Positions 19,430 to 30,182 of a stretch of 64,000 bases of DNA are shown piece by piece. The stretch's first letter is position 1; every line of letters begins with the position of its first letter. The DNA is from an uncultured delta proteobacterium (GTDB lineage Bacteria > Desulfobacterota > Desulfomonilia > UBA1062): the NCBI GenBank assembly GCA_963798485.1, contig CAWCTR010000004.1:352001-416000 (forward strand), in the 5' to 3' direction. The notes under the pieces were generated by a model. That model ran no database searches, was not told where the DNA came from, and worked only from the letters and a program-made list of their open reading frames with translations. Position numbers and translations under genes: made by a program.

Positions 19430-19684
19430 ATTATTTATAGCAGATGTGGTTGTTTATCAAGTTGTACTTAACAAACACCTCTTGTACCAAATTATTGTAC
19501 TAAATTTTATATCGAATGAATTTGGGGGAGAAGATTAAAGGAAGAAGTGAAGATTTTGTGCCAAACTGTGATATTTGAAATAAGATGCCCTATGTGTAGC
19601 TTTCGTGATGCGCCAGAGAAGCTTGGCTTGAAGGGAGAGGAGGTGAGAGATCACATAACGGGTATCTCCTTGAATATCTCCAGC

Positions 19685-20352
19685 CTAGCCCTTGATCCTT
19701 ACGATCTCGTCCACGGGCCTGCGGGTGGTTCTGAATGTGTTTTGCGGAGTGGCAGAATCAATATGGCCGATTGCTATGCCGATGCACACGGCCAGATTCT
19801 CAGGGACACCAAGTTCCTGGCGGACCAAATCGGGATACGATGCCAGCTGGACCGCCACTGCTGTGCCCAACCCGTACTCGCAGGCGAGGAGCATGATGCT
19901 CTGCGATATTGAGCCCAGGTCGAAAAGGGACCAGGGTGTTAAGGAGCGGTCCATGCAGAGGAAGATGACTGAAGGCGCATCGAAAAAGGAAAAGTTGCGC
20001 ACCATAAGGGAGCGCATGTCCTTCTGGTCATCACGATCAAGTCCCAGGAAATCGGCGCGGTCATTCCTCAATTTTTCGTATCGTTCCTTGAGCGCCTGAG
20101 GCCAGTCCTTCGGAAGCGGCCTGGAGATGTCTGGGTTTACAGGCACATCATGAGCGAATCTCTCAGAATAGGCTTTTCGCAGCCTGTCAGATGACTTGCC
20201 GCTGGCCACGAATATCTCCCAGGGCTGTGTGTTCCCCAAGAAGGGGCCTTAAGCGCAGCCTCCATGATCGTAAGTATCGTATTTTTGTCCACAGGCTCAG
20301 AGGTAAAGGCACGGCATGTAAAGCGTGATTTCATGGCATCTATTACGTTCAT
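19685..20352 (-). pseudogene. Nitroreductase family protein, one frameshift at a G run (~20235); probably an assembly error
   Basis: MNVIDAMKSRFTCRAF...KAPSWG continues as GNTQPWE..FFDAP..GIAIGH in the adjacent frame. Confidence 0.85.
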
Positions 20353-20764
20353 ATATTCCTCCCGAAGGTTTTCATTTATTATAATGAGATAAAAAATAAA
20401 ATCAGCTGTAATTTGCGCAGAGCTCTATCCGTTTCATACTGCAAAGGAGTGGTTATATACCTTCAGGATACAAGAACCTTTGTACATACCACTTTTTGCC
20501 TCTGACTGGATCTCTACTCCCAGGAATAGGGCATAAAAAGTACCGATATTGAAACATAATCTTTACTCGTCGATGAACGAGATGAAGTAACGATTACTAT
20601 AAGATATCTAAGTTCTAAAAAGATTCCAAGTTGCATCACCTGCATGCCAATATTGCAGCTAGCTAAAGTGTTTTATTTGTAAGCGACTTTTTAACCCCAT
20701 GTTGACAGAGAATTAAAAATCTGGGTGAAAAAATACCTGCAGTGGGCGTCTGAAAGTTTACCAC

Positions 20765-22342
20765 TTACGAGTTTATCGCGAGAATAGTCGGATCAATATT
20801 CTGAGGCATCAACGCCTTGTACTCTTCTGCGGTGTAAGCGAAGGGAAGACGCTCGAACAGATGCCTCAGGTACATGTACGGCTCAAGACCATTGGCCTTG
20901 GCTGTCTCTATAAGGGAATATAGAATGGCACTGGCCTTCGCACCTTCCGGGTTTCCGGAAAACAGCCAGTTACGCCTTCCAACCGCAAACGGCCTGATAG
21001 CATTCTCTACCAGGTTGTTATCTGGCGTAATAATACCATTATCGATATATTTGATCAAACGGTCCCATTGGCCAAGGGTATAGGCCACCGCCTTGCCCAC
21101 CAGCCCCTTGGGTGGAGTCTGCAATTTCTTCTTGTCGAGCCAGGCCTTGAAGTCATCCAGAATCGGCTTTGCCTTCTGCTGCCTCAGCTGGCACAGATCC
21201 TCAGGCCCAAGCTCCTGTATCCGGGCATCCTTCTCTATTTTGTATAGATTCCGTATGTATTCGATGGCTACATCAGCGCTTCCCGCCTTGCGGTTCTTCC
21301 CTTGAGCCTTGATGACATCCATGAACTTCCGCCTGACGTGCGCCCAGCACCCCACATGCACCACCCCAGGCTGCTCGTCCAGAAAATTATACCCAGCATA
21401 CCCGTCGGTCTGAACATAGCCCTTATAACCTTCGAGATACTTCTCCGCCACCTCCCCGGCCCGGGTCGGATGATATTGATATATCAATACGGGTTTCTTG
21501 GGTGGTCCTCCACGGGCTACCCACATGTAAGACTTCGTCTGGTTCGGCCGGTCTTGTTCTCCCAACACCTGCACCGTGGTCTCATCAAGGTTGATCAGTG
21601 GACCTGAGAGCATCTCTGTGTGCAGCATATCCATGAGCGGAGTGCTCTGCTCGGCCACCTTCATGGCCCAGGATGACATGCTCGTCCGGTTTATCTCTAC
21701 GCCAAGCCTCTCGAACTGCTTCTCCTGCCGGTAAAACGGCATCGCATCCACAAACTTCGCTGTGAATATATGGGCCAAAAGTCCAGGGGTCGCTATGCTC
21801 TTCGGTATGATCTGCTCCGGGACAGGAGCGATCTGTACTGCCGGGCCTTCACTCTCCGTTCCCCCGCATCCCTTGCAGGCGTACTTGTACCGAATGTTGA
21901 CTATTACCTGCACCTTCGCGGGGATGATATCGAGCTGCTCGGATCTCTCCTCTCCGATACGGACCTTCTCAAGTCCGCATCTGCATATCTTGTCCTCGTC
22001 TTTCAGATCGTGGATTACTTCTACTCTCGGCAGGTCTGCCGGCAGTGGCTTCCGCCCACTCTTCTTCCTCGTGTGCGCTGGAACCTCAACTACCTCTTCC
22101 TTCTTAGCGCTCTTCTCTTCCGCCTCACCTGCCGGCTCATCGAAGAGGATCTCCTGGATCGCCCCTTCTGAAGAGGGCAGCTTCTCCGTCTTCCTCCCGT
22201 ACAGCTTCGACCTCATGAGCAGAAGCTGCTCCCTAAGCAGCTTGTTCTCTATCTCGTAATGGTGTTTCTCATCGGAAATAGATGCGATCATCCCCTTGAG
22301 TATTGGAATGTCATCAGGCAGGTTTTCGACTTCTAACTGCAT
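20765..22342 (-). CDS. tnpC: IS66 DDE transposase TnpC
   Basis: Zinc-finger segment, DETTVQV, QTDGYAGY, CWAHVRRKF, DNNLVENAIRP, GRRNWLF. Confidence 0.96.
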   Translation of the reverse strand: MQLEVENLPDDIPILKGMIASISDEKHHYEIENKLLREQLLLMRSKLYGRKTEKLPSSEGAIQEILFDEPAGEAEEKSAKKEEVVEVPAHTRKKSGRKPLPADLPRVEVIHDLKDEDKICRCGLEKVRIGEERSEQLDIIPAKVQVIVNIRYKYACKGCGGTESEGPAVQIAPVPEQIIPKSIATPGLLAHIFTAKFVDAMPFYRQEKQFERLGVEINRTSMSSWAMKVAEQSTPLMDMLHTEMLSGPLINLDETTVQVLGEQDRPNQTKSYMWVARGGPPKKPVLIYQYHPTRAGEVAEKYLEGYKGYVQTDGYAGYNFLDEQPGVVHVGCWAHVRRKFMDVIKAQGKNRKAGSADVAIEYIRNLYKIEKDARIQELGPEDLCQLRQQKAKPILDDFKAWLDKKKLQTPPKGLVGKAVAYTLGQWDRLIKYIDNGIITPDNNLVENAIRPFAVGRRNWLFSGNPEGAKASAILYSLIETAKANGLEPYMYLRHLFERLPFAYTAEEYKALMPQNIDPTILAINS

Positions 22343-22421
22343 GATGAATCATACCATAAGACGCTAATTTATCAATAAGAATCTTGTCTATTTTCCATAA
22401 ATAATGCACTTTCTAAAAGGC

Positions 22422-22775
22422 TTAAACCATGCTGTCGTAAGAAAGTTCCCTCCGAGCTCTCCGGGGTGGAAGACTCATCCCGTCTAGCAACCATAATAGC
22501 TCCCGGTGCGTAAGGTCCATTACCTCCTCACTCGACTCCGGCCAGCTGAATCTTCCCTTCTCCAGCCGCTTCTCCCACAGACAAAATCCGTTCCGGTCCC
22601 AATACAATACCTTCACGATGTCACGCTTCCGGTTGCAGAAGGCATACAGAGACCCGGATAAGGGATTGTGCTGCATCTGCTCCTCTACCAGGAGGGCCAG
22701 AGTGTTGATCGATTTTCGCATGTCCGTGATCCCCAGGGCCAGATAGACCTGCGCGTTCACAAACGAATGCATCAT
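22422..22775 (-). CDS. tnpB: IS66 accessory protein TnpB (Orf2)
   Basis: TDMRKSINTL, KVLYWDRNGFCLWEKRLEKGRF. Confidence 0.95.
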   Translation of the reverse strand: MMHSFVNAQVYLALGITDMRKSINTLALLVEEQMQHNPLSGSLYAFCNRKRDIVKVLYWDRNGFCLWEKRLEKGRFSWPESSEEVMDLTHRELLWLLDGMSLPPRRARRELSYDSMV

Positions 22776-23110
22776 ACCCGGTCCAGCACCTGGATCACCC
22801 TGCCAAGGGTTGCCTGGTCAAATCCGGTTCCTATCTCAACCTTGTATTGCCCAACAATAAGAACCAGGGGCGTCGCAATTGATCCTGCCTGATGAACTCG
22901 GATCGGATGCATTCCAACCGGTACTAACTTCACTCCGGCTTCATGCTTCTCCTTGTGCTTCCTCTTCCAATAGTAAAATAGCTTGGGACTCAGTCCATTC
23001 TCACGGCAATACTCGGCCTGGCTCTTACCGCTTTCTTTCCATCTCTCTATATGCTTCGCCCACTTCTCACGCTTCTGTTTCTGCCAACTCGCATGCTCGT
23101 GCTCTCCCAT
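22772..23110 (-). CDS. tnpA: IS66 accessory protein TnpA (HTH)
   Basis: WKESGKSQAEYCRENGL..FYYWKRK. Confidence 0.9.
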   Translation of the reverse strand: MGEHEHASWQKQKREKWAKHIERWKESGKSQAEYCRENGLSPKLFYYWKRKHKEKHEAGVKLVPVGMHPIRVHQAGSIATPLVLIVGQYKVEIGTGFDQATLGRVIQVLDRV

Positions 23111-23222
23111 GGCAATACCTCCTCGGTCATCACCATGGCATGTCGCTCTTGATATGGATAGATGCGGTTTCTCAGGCGCTTACTTTTATTTGATCAAATA
23201 ACAACTTATACAGATAACCGGA

Positions 23223-24173
23223 TTATTGAGGCCCTCCATGCTCCGCCCCGCTCCCCGGCTCAGGGGCAGGGCTCTTATCGTCGCCTGTCTCCGGGGTGGT
23301 GGTAGTGGGAAGGTTCGGGGTTTCAATTTTTGGGGTTGATTCGCCGGGTGCCTTGTCTTGAGGTGCCTCCCCGGAAGGAGGCTTAATGCCTGCCGTACTT
23401 GTCTCGCTGATGGGTGTCCCTGCCGTTACAACGGGCGCCGCCTCTTCCGGTGTTGTCATGACCTCATCAAATTCGGGTATCACGATGCCGCGGGCCACCA
23501 TGACCTGATAGATCCGCTCCGAGCGGTTCTGGACGTACCTGGAATCCCCGTTTACATGGTACACAATCGGGTTGGGAAGGACGGTGGCAAGCCGGGCCGC
23601 CTCTTGGGCGGTCAGCGACGATGCATGCTTCCCATAGTAGTGCTTGGCTGCGGCCTCAATGCCGAATATGCCATCACCCCATTCCGCCACATTGAGATAG
23701 ATCTCCACGATCCGTCTCTTTGACAGGGCATGTTCCATCCGCCAGGTAAGGATGGCCTCTTTGATCTTGCGGATGGGGTTTTTGGATGGGGAAAGGTAGA
23801 GGTTCTTGGCCAGCTGCTGGCTGATGGTGGAGCCCCCTGCCTTGAACTGCCTTTTTTTGATATCCTTTTCCAGGGCCTGCTGCATGGCCTCGAAATCAAA
23901 CCCTTCATGTTTCCAGAATTTGTCATCTTCTGCGATTATCACCGCCTTGATAAGGTACGGGGATATCCTCTTCAGGGGCACCCATTTCTGTACGATAGAC
24001 TTCCGGATACCCTCTTTGGCCCATTGTTTTTCACGGTATTCCATGAACGCAGTCTTCTGGGGAGTTTCTTTCTTTAGGGTCGAGACTCTAGGGTATACAA
24101 AACTCATCGCTATATCTGTCGCAAGCAGGGCAAGGAAAAGGACTGTTGAATAACCGATTAGCTTTTTCAGCAT
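23223..24173 (-). CDS. mtgA: Monofunctional biosynthetic peptidoglycan transglycosylase
   Basis: EDDKFWKHEGFD, GGSTISQQLAKNLYL, RKIKE, YLNVAEWG; Pro/Thr-rich tail. Confidence 0.93.
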   Translation of the reverse strand: MLKKLIGYSTVLFLALLATDIAMSFVYPRVSTLKKETPQKTAFMEYREKQWAKEGIRKSIVQKWVPLKRISPYLIKAVIIAEDDKFWKHEGFDFEAMQQALEKDIKKRQFKAGGSTISQQLAKNLYLSPSKNPIRKIKEAILTWRMEHALSKRRIVEIYLNVAEWGDGIFGIEAAAKHYYGKHASSLTAQEAARLATVLPNPIVYHVNGDSRYVQNRSERIYQVMVARGIVIPEFDEVMTTPEEAAPVVTAGTPISETSTAGIKPPSGEAPQDKAPGESTPKIETPNLPTTTTPETGDDKSPAPEPGSGAEHGGPQ

Positions 24174-24176
24174 CGT

Positions 24177-24998
24177 TTAATACACCACGGCCGCGAGGTA
24201 ACCCACTACCGATGCGTTATCGCCGGTGATATTGCCTGAGTGGGCATAGCGAAGGACCTTGGCCGTTATCCTAGATGCCTGCTTCGAATAGAGTAGGGCC
24301 GCCAAGATGGGGCCGCCGCCGCAGGCCTCGCTGTAGGCCCTTTCAAGATCAAGGCTTAGGCCCGAGATATCAAATGCCTCAATGCGCTTGGCTACTTGCT
24401 GATCCATCTTTTCTGCCTTTATCGAGGAATGGAAGTGGGAGAGGTCAGAGCTCGCAACTATCAGGGTGTTATCAGGGTCTTTAATACTCTTATGGAGTGA
24501 TTCCGCCAGGGCCTCACATAAGGAGAGATCCTGCCTGCCCATGATGAGCGGACAGAGCTTGAATGGTTTAAGCACGCTCTGGAGGAAGGGGAGCTGGATC
24601 TCAAGTGCGTGCTCCTCGGTGTGGGGGTGGGTGTCATCCTGGATATCCCCGAATTTAAGGAGCCTGTCGCAGAGGTCTTCATCCACGTCGATCATGCCCA
24701 GCGGGGTTTCATAAGAACCCTTGGACCAGATAGAAATGAAGGGGAAGTATGCCCGGTGGGATGGACTGATGACTACGACGCTTGAGTAATCATATCCGGC
24801 AAGGGCCTTGTATGCATAAGCCGCCACTGGCCCGGAATACATATAGCCTGCATGGGGGGTGACAATGGCAATAGGCTTTTGGGGGATCTCAGGGATGAAT
24901 GCATCTTTCAGATACCGAGCGATATCCCTTTTCAAGGTGTCCTGATTGCCCGGATACCAGCTGCCTGCAATAACCGGTCTGCGCACAGGTCCTGTCAT
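24177..24998 (-). CDS. AmmeMemoRadiSam system protein B (MEMO1 family)
   Basis: RPVIAGSWYP, PHAGYMYSG, EHALEIQLPFLQ, ASSDLSH, ACGGGP, VVGY. Confidence 0.92.
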   Translation of the reverse strand: MTGPVRRPVIAGSWYPGNQDTLKRDIARYLKDAFIPEIPQKPIAIVTPHAGYMYSGPVAAYAYKALAGYDYSSVVVISPSHRAYFPFISIWSKGSYETPLGMIDVDEDLCDRLLKFGDIQDDTHPHTEEHALEIQLPFLQSVLKPFKLCPLIMGRQDLSLCEALAESLHKSIKDPDNTLIVASSDLSHFHSSIKAEKMDQQVAKRIEAFDISGLSLDLERAYSEACGGGPILAALLYSKQASRITAKVLRYAHSGNITGDNASVVGYLAAVVY

Positions 24999-25057
24999 AA
25001 AATCCCTCCTTGATCCCTTCAGTGCCTGTTTGGCGGCCCCAGGAACCTACATTAAAA

Positions 25058-26085
25058 TTAAGGGAATACCGGGACGTAGTCAAGACCGGTTGCCTCGTCG
25101 AGGCCGAACATGAGGTTCATGTTCTGAACGGCCTGGCCCGAAGCGCCTTTGGTAAGGTTGTCAATGACACTTATGATGGTGGCCCTCCTGGAGGCCTTGT
25201 TCTTTGCCACGCCCATGAGGCACCTGTTGGTGCCGCGGACATCCTTGGTGGCAGGGAACCCATCAATGAGGCGGACAAACCTCGAGCCCTGGTAGAAGTT
25301 CTTGATACAGTCCTTCAGGTCCTGTTCGTTTGCCGATGTATTCACATAGATCGTGGAGAGCATCCCGCGGCTGATGGGTATGAGGTGTGGTGTGAACTCG
25401 ATCGTGACATTTTCCCCTGCAGCCCTGCTGAGCTCCTGCTCTATCTCGGGTATGTGCCTGTGGGAGCGGCCGACCTTATAGGCCGAGAACGATTCCCCTG
25501 ACTCGCATATGTGGGTCTTCAGGCTTAAGCCCCGGCCTGCGCCCGAGACGCCGCTCTTGCTGTCTATGATGATGTCGTCTTTTTCCATAAGACCAGCCTT
25601 TAAGAGCGGTATGAGCGGAAGCAGCACGCTGGTCGGGTAACAACCGGGGTTTGCTACAAGCCTGGCATTCCTGATCTCTTCGCGGTGGATTTCGCACAGG
25701 CCATAGACTGCTTTCTTGAGCAGCTCGGGGTTCGAGTGCTCCTGATACCACTCCTTGTAGACTTCTGTATCGCGGATGCGGGAGTCCGCACTCAGGTCCA
25801 CCACCTTCACCGCGTCAATGATCCGGGCGATAAAGCCCATGCTCACCCCATGGGGAAGGCAGCTGAACACGACATCGCACCGGGTTTTTATGGTCGAGCG
25901 TCAAACTCCTCAAGGTCAAACTCCGCTGATCCCTTCAGGAATTCGAGGATTTCGGAAATGGGCTTGCCGTTGTATTGGCGGGACGAACAATAGGTAATCC
26001 TGGCCTCTGGGTGCGAGTGCAATAGTCGTATTAGCTCCGCACCGGTATACCCTGTGGCTCCCAGGATACCTATGGAGATCGTCAA
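25058..26085 (-). CDS. argC: N-acetyl-gamma-glutamyl-phosphate reductase, frameshift near 25897 (probably an assembly error)
   Basis: GATGYTGAELIRLL in one frame; LPHG, DLSAD, ANPGCYPT, SGVSGAG, DNLTKGASGQAVQN in the next. Confidence 0.92.
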
Positions 26086-26092
26086 TGAAATA

Positions 26093-26485
26093 CTACCTCT
26101 TGGAGAACTGAGGCCTCTTGCGGGCCTTGTGGAGGCCGTATTTCTTACGCTCAACCATACGGGGATCCCTGGTGAGGAACCCGGCGGCCTTCAGCTTGGA
26201 CCTGAATTTCTCGATGTCAAAGGTTGCAAGAGCCCTTGAGATGCCGTGGCGCAAAGCCCCGGCCTGGCCGGAAATACCACCGCCACTGACCGTGGCGTAG
26301 ATATCGAACTGCCCCCTGGTATCGGTAATTACAAAGGGCTGTGAAGCCGATATCTGTAGTGTTTCCCTCGGGAAATACTCATCGATGGGTCTGCCGTTTA
26401 CGGTCATATCGCCCTTACCCGGGGACAACCATACCCGCGCGGTTGCGTTCTTACGACGTCCGGTGGCGTATATCTTCTCTGCCAT
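26093..26485 (-). CDS. rpsI: 30S ribosomal protein S9
   Basis: [22 protein letters not shown]...QFSKR. Confidence 0.99.
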   Translation of the reverse strand: MAEKIYATGRRKNATARVWLSPGKGDMTVNGRPIDEYFPRETLQISASQPFVITDTRGQFDIYATVSGGGISGQAGALRHGISRALATFDIEKFRSKLKAAGFLTRDPRMVERKKYGLHKARKRPQFSKR

Positions 26486-26497
26486 ACCAATACCCTC

Positions 26498-26926
26498 TTA
26501 CTTACTTAATAGCTGAGGCATCTGCGCCTCGTGCGGATGGTTCTCTCCCGTGTAGACCTTGAGTTTCTTGAACATGGCCCTCCCAAGAGAGTTCTTTGGG
26601 AGCATCCCCTTTACGGCGTGTTTGATGACATCCTCGGGTTTTTTCTTGAGGAGCTCCCGCATGGTTGCACTCTTGATGCCGCCCATGTACCCGCTGTGGT
26701 GGTAATAGGTCTTCTGCTCCAGTTTGTTGCCCGTAACCTTGATCTTGTCGGCATTGATTATGACGACGAAATCACCCACATCGGTGTGGGGTGTGAATTC
26801 CGGTTTTGTCTTTCCCCTGAGGATAGAGGCAATCTGAACAGCCAGCCTGCCGAGTACCATGTCAGCCGCGTCCACAAGGACCCACTGCCTGGCCACCTCG
26901 TCCTTTCTTGCTTGAAATGTACCCAT
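26498..26926 (-). CDS. rplM: 50S ribosomal protein L13
   Basis: [32 protein letters not shown]. Confidence 0.99.
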   Translation of the reverse strand: MGTFQARKDEVARQWVLVDAADMVLGRLAVQIASILRGKTKPEFTPHTDVGDFVVIINADKIKVTGNKLEQKTYYHHSGYMGGIKSATMRELLKKKPEDVIKHAVKGMLPKNSLGRAMFKKLKVYTGENHPHEAQMPQLLSK

Positions 26927-27009
26927 ACATACTACTCCTTAGCACGATAAATAGGGCTCGGATATATCTGAAGACTTGCAGGATGTCAAGTGCCGAAGGA
27001 ATCTGGTTA

Positions 27010-27490
27010 CTATTCGCTCTTTCCAAGGGCCTCCAACGCCTGCCCGGCCAGCATGCGCTTTTTCACATGAGGCAGATAGAGCCTGGATATGTTGCCGGTG
27101 TTTATATCGAAGATGTTCACATAGTTCCTGCCCGTGAGTTTGCGTCCGTATATCCCCACCTGGATAATGGCAGGCTCTTTTCTATTGCCTGAGGCTCCTC
27201 GGCGAGCAGAGCACGTAGGACTGTAACGGGACCCTATAGAGCTGTACCGTAATGCCTAGGATGGGGTTCACCTCCATGGCGACAAAACGACGTGCAAGCT
27301 CTTTTTTCAGTCGGCCTATGCCCTCGTTCAGATGCCAGGCCATGTCATCCTTGGCCAATCCCAATAAATTTTTAACCTCAGTCGGAGGCAGAATGAATCC
27401 CTGGCATTGGAATTTCAGAAGCTCCATGATGGAGGCTGCAGCACTTTTGCATCTTTTCCCTGATTCCGTCATTACATGTTCATTCAACAT
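27010..27490 (-). CDS. Hypothetical protein, probably frameshifted near 27190
   Basis: ORF MLNEHVMTES... stops at 27182, but the adjacent frame stays open to 27010 (GNRKEPAIIQVGIYGRKLTGRNYVNIFDINTGNISRLYLPHVKKR...). Confidence 0.45.
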
Positions 27491-27785
27491 CGCACCACCC
27501 CTTTCCACCCCGATGGGGTATGTACTATAAAAAGAAACAGCTTCAATGTGATAGAGAGCAATGTCCATGCCATTAAAATTAGTATATATATTCAATATAT
27601 TAAACACAATGCACTGGGTAAAACAGTGGGCGAGAGAATATGTTTACCTATACCTGGGATAATTAATTACCACTATCGATTTAATTATATAATATTAGAC
27701 AGTTCAACGCGTTATTTTAAGGCACATTAGACTGCTATATTTAAGTGATCTATATTCCATGCATTGCATGTCTCTTCATGTCTCT

Positions 27786-29018
27786 TTATGTTGACACCCG
27801 ATTCCTTCCCTGCTTCTTGGCTCTGTAGAGCGCCTTATCCGCATCCTTAAGCACGTCATTCGGTGTCTTGGTGCGCACATTCGGCCATGCCGCACCGATG
27901 CTTATGGTGACCGAGACCCTTTGGGGCGTCATTGTGCGTCTTCGCGGCGTCTTGGGTTTGCGCTTCGGCCTCATACGCGAACGGATGGCGAATTCTGCAT
28001 GGGCTACCTCTTTTCTAAGATCCTCAAGATGAACCAGCGCATCACCGGCATACCTGCCCGGGAAGATCACCGTGAATTCCTCCCCGCCATAACGGAAGGC
28101 CTTTCCCCCACCCGTGACCTGTGCAAGCCTTGAAGCAACCATCCGCAGCACCTGATCGCCTATATCATGGCCATGTTTATCGTTGAATTTCTTGAAGTGA
28201 TCGATATCGAGCATGGCCAGGCAATATTCGCCCCCCATCTTCAGAAGGTCTTCTTTCAGTGCCCTGCGGGCCGGAAGGCCTGTCAGCTCATCCTTGAAGG
28301 CCATGGCATGGGACATCTCGATTACCGACACCAGCAGGATAAAGGAGGCTGTGGCAAAGTGGAAACCCATCCGGAGCCTGTTATCCGCGCACGTAAGGGC
28401 CATGAAAATGACGCCGATGGCCCAGAAGAACCCGCTCTCCTTGGCGCTGCGGCCCCTGATGTACATGAGGGTAATTACCATGAGCGACAAAAGACACGCC
28501 ATTGCCGGTATCTGGGGCACCCCTAACACGTGTAAAAACGGCCAGGGAAAAATGTCATACCCCAGCAGCTCAACATATCGCTCGGGATTCCGCCCGGCAA
28601 TGATGCCCACGAAAAAGGGCTGGACCAGGATAAAGGCAAGCCGGGCCATGCCCCTTGGCGTGAAGATCCCCCGCTCGCTCACCAGGGACAAGACAAGCAG
28701 GTTAAGCGGCAGGAGCAGGGCTGCGGAGACATAGGCAACGCGCCAATAGATGTCGCCGCTTGACTGCCCTGCGCCATAGTGCATAAGGCACCAATGTGTC
28801 AGGGCAATGGCTACCGCGGCGAATACCAAGGCTGACCGGTTGAATCTCCATCCGAAGACAACTGCAACCAGGTAGGTAACATAGGGGTATATCTGCACGA
28901 TAGTACCCAGGTTCGTTTGAACCCCCTGAAGGTGCACGAGGATCAGGGAAGCAAGCAGCAGCATAGCCCCGGGCAGAAAAAAAGATAGAACAGCCTTCAT
29001 GCGCCAACGCCTCTTCAC
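27786..29018 (-). CDS. Membrane-bound diguanylate cyclase (GGEEF)
   Basis: Multiple TM helices, DELTGL, DIDHFKKFND, RYGGEEF, ADKALYRAK..GRNRV. Confidence 0.93.
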   Translation of the reverse strand: MKRRWRMKAVLSFFLPGAMLLLASLILVHLQGVQTNLGTIVQIYPYVTYLVAVVFGWRFNRSALVFAAVAIALTHWCLMHYGAGQSSGDIYWRVAYVSAALLLPLNLLVLSLVSERGIFTPRGMARLAFILVQPFFVGIIAGRNPERYVELLGYDIFPWPFLHVLGVPQIPAMACLLSLMVITLMYIRGRSAKESGFFWAIGVIFMALTCADNRLRMGFHFATASFILLVSVIEMSHAMAFKDELTGLPARRALKEDLLKMGGEYCLAMLDIDHFKKFNDKHGHDIGDQVLRMVASRLAQVTGGGKAFRYGGEEFTVIFPGRYAGDALVHLEDLRKEVAHAEFAIRSRMRPKRKPKTPRRRTMTPQRVSVTISIGAAWPNVRTKTPNDVLKDADKALYRAKKQGRNRVST

Positions 29019-29152
29019 AGGGGGTCTTTGTATTGCTAAGGATCTTTTATGACCACCCGAGATATGTTACGGCGTTCCCCGGAAAGAACTTGAATGAATG
29101 AGGGCTCTACGCGCCGATTGTCATATTCAAAGAAAATCGGTACACTCTGACC

Positions 29153-30118
29153 ATGGATATTTTCTTCTTTGAGGCCTTTTCCGAGGAGGAAGAAGCCCTT
29201 CGCAGATACCTCCCGCACGATATCAGGGCAGGGTTCACCCATGAGACCATCCAGGAGTCCGGGCATACCTTACCGCCTGCCGCCCTTATCAGTACCCGGA
29301 CCCAGTCTTCCATGCCACGTGAGTGGGGCCGGCACATCAAGGGCATCCTGACCAGGAGCACAGGGTATGACCACGTCGTCCCCTTCCTCACCGGCTCAGG
29401 CAAACAGATCCCGGCAGGTTATCTGCCCCTGTACTGCAGCCGGGCCGTGGCCGAACAGGCCCTGCTGCTCTGGCTCGGACTCATGCGGAAGATACGCTCT
29501 CAATTGGCCCACCTGCCCCATTTTAACCGTGACGGGCTCACGGGTACGGAGTGTGCCGGTAAGACCCTTCTTGTGGTAGGGGTAGGCAACATCGGGTCAG
29601 AGGTGTGCCGCATCGGCGAGGCCCTTGGTATGAACGTCATCGGGGTGGATATTGTGGAGAGACACCCTTCCGTCTGCTACATCCCTATTGAGGAGGGCAT
29701 CGTAAAGGCGGATGTGATCTGCTGCTCCATGAACCTGACTGACAAGAATCATGGTTATTTCACCTATGACCTCCTAAAAAAGGCCAAGCCGGGTGCGGTC
29801 TTCGTGAACATCGCCCGGGGAGAGCTTTCACCTGCATCCGTACTCCTGCGCCTGCTGGTCGAAGGGCTTCTTGGGGGTGTGGGGCTCGATGTCTATGAGA
29901 ACGAAGGTGATCTTGCAGTAGCTCTGCGCTCGGGCATAACCATTAATAATCCTGCAATGCGCTCCGTTCTCGATCTCGCAGGACACGAGAATGTCATCCT
30001 GACCCCGCACAATGCCTTCAACACCAAAGAATCAGTGGAACGCAAGGCCCACATGAGCATAGAGCAGATAGGGCACTTTTTGAAGCACAGGGAGTTCATC
30101 TGGAAGGTTCAGATCTGA
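29153..30118 (+). CDS. D-isomer-specific 2-hydroxyacid dehydrogenase
   Basis: RSTGYDH, AVAE, GVGNIG, VNIARG, LDVYENE, TPHNAF. Confidence 0.9.
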   Translation: MDIFFFEAFSEEEEALRRYLPHDIRAGFTHETIQESGHTLPPAALISTRTQSSMPREWGRHIKGILTRSTGYDHVVPFLTGSGKQIPAGYLPLYCSRAVAEQALLLWLGLMRKIRSQLAHLPHFNRDGLTGTECAGKTLLVVGVGNIGSEVCRIGEALGMNVIGVDIVERHPSVCYIPIEEGIVKADVICCSMNLTDKNHGYFTYDLLKKAKPGAVFVNIARGELSPASVLLRLLVEGLLGGVGLDVYENEGDLAVALRSGITINNPAMRSVLDLAGHENVILTPHNAFNTKESVERKAHMSIEQIGHFLKHREFIWKVQI

Positions 30119-30182
30119 GTATTTTCTATACCATGGTTGGTCAAGATCCAAGACACCTATTCCTCTGTGCTACCCTACAATA

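Larger units (their letters stand above)
20679..23183 (-). mobile_element. Complete IS66-family insertion sequence (2505 bp) with 8-bp target-site duplication TTTTATTT
   Basis: Imperfect TIRs GTAAGCGACTTTTTAACCCCAT / GTAAGCGCCTGAGAAACCGCAT; TTTTATTT at 20671-20678 and 23184-23191; tnpA-tnpB-tnpC inside. Confidence 0.95.

Noticed and set aside
20630-20652. TGGCATGCAGGTGATGCA as a sigma54 promoter
   Set aside because: GG-to-GC spacing is 12, not 10.
22422-22775. IS66 TnpB as an RNA-guided TnpB nuclease
   Set aside because: Name coincidence; this 117-aa IS66 Orf2 protein is unrelated to IS200/IS605 RuvC TnpB.
24177-24998. Memo (AmmeMemoRadiSam B) without its A and radical-SAM partners
   Set aside because: The three genes are frequently unlinked; not unusual.
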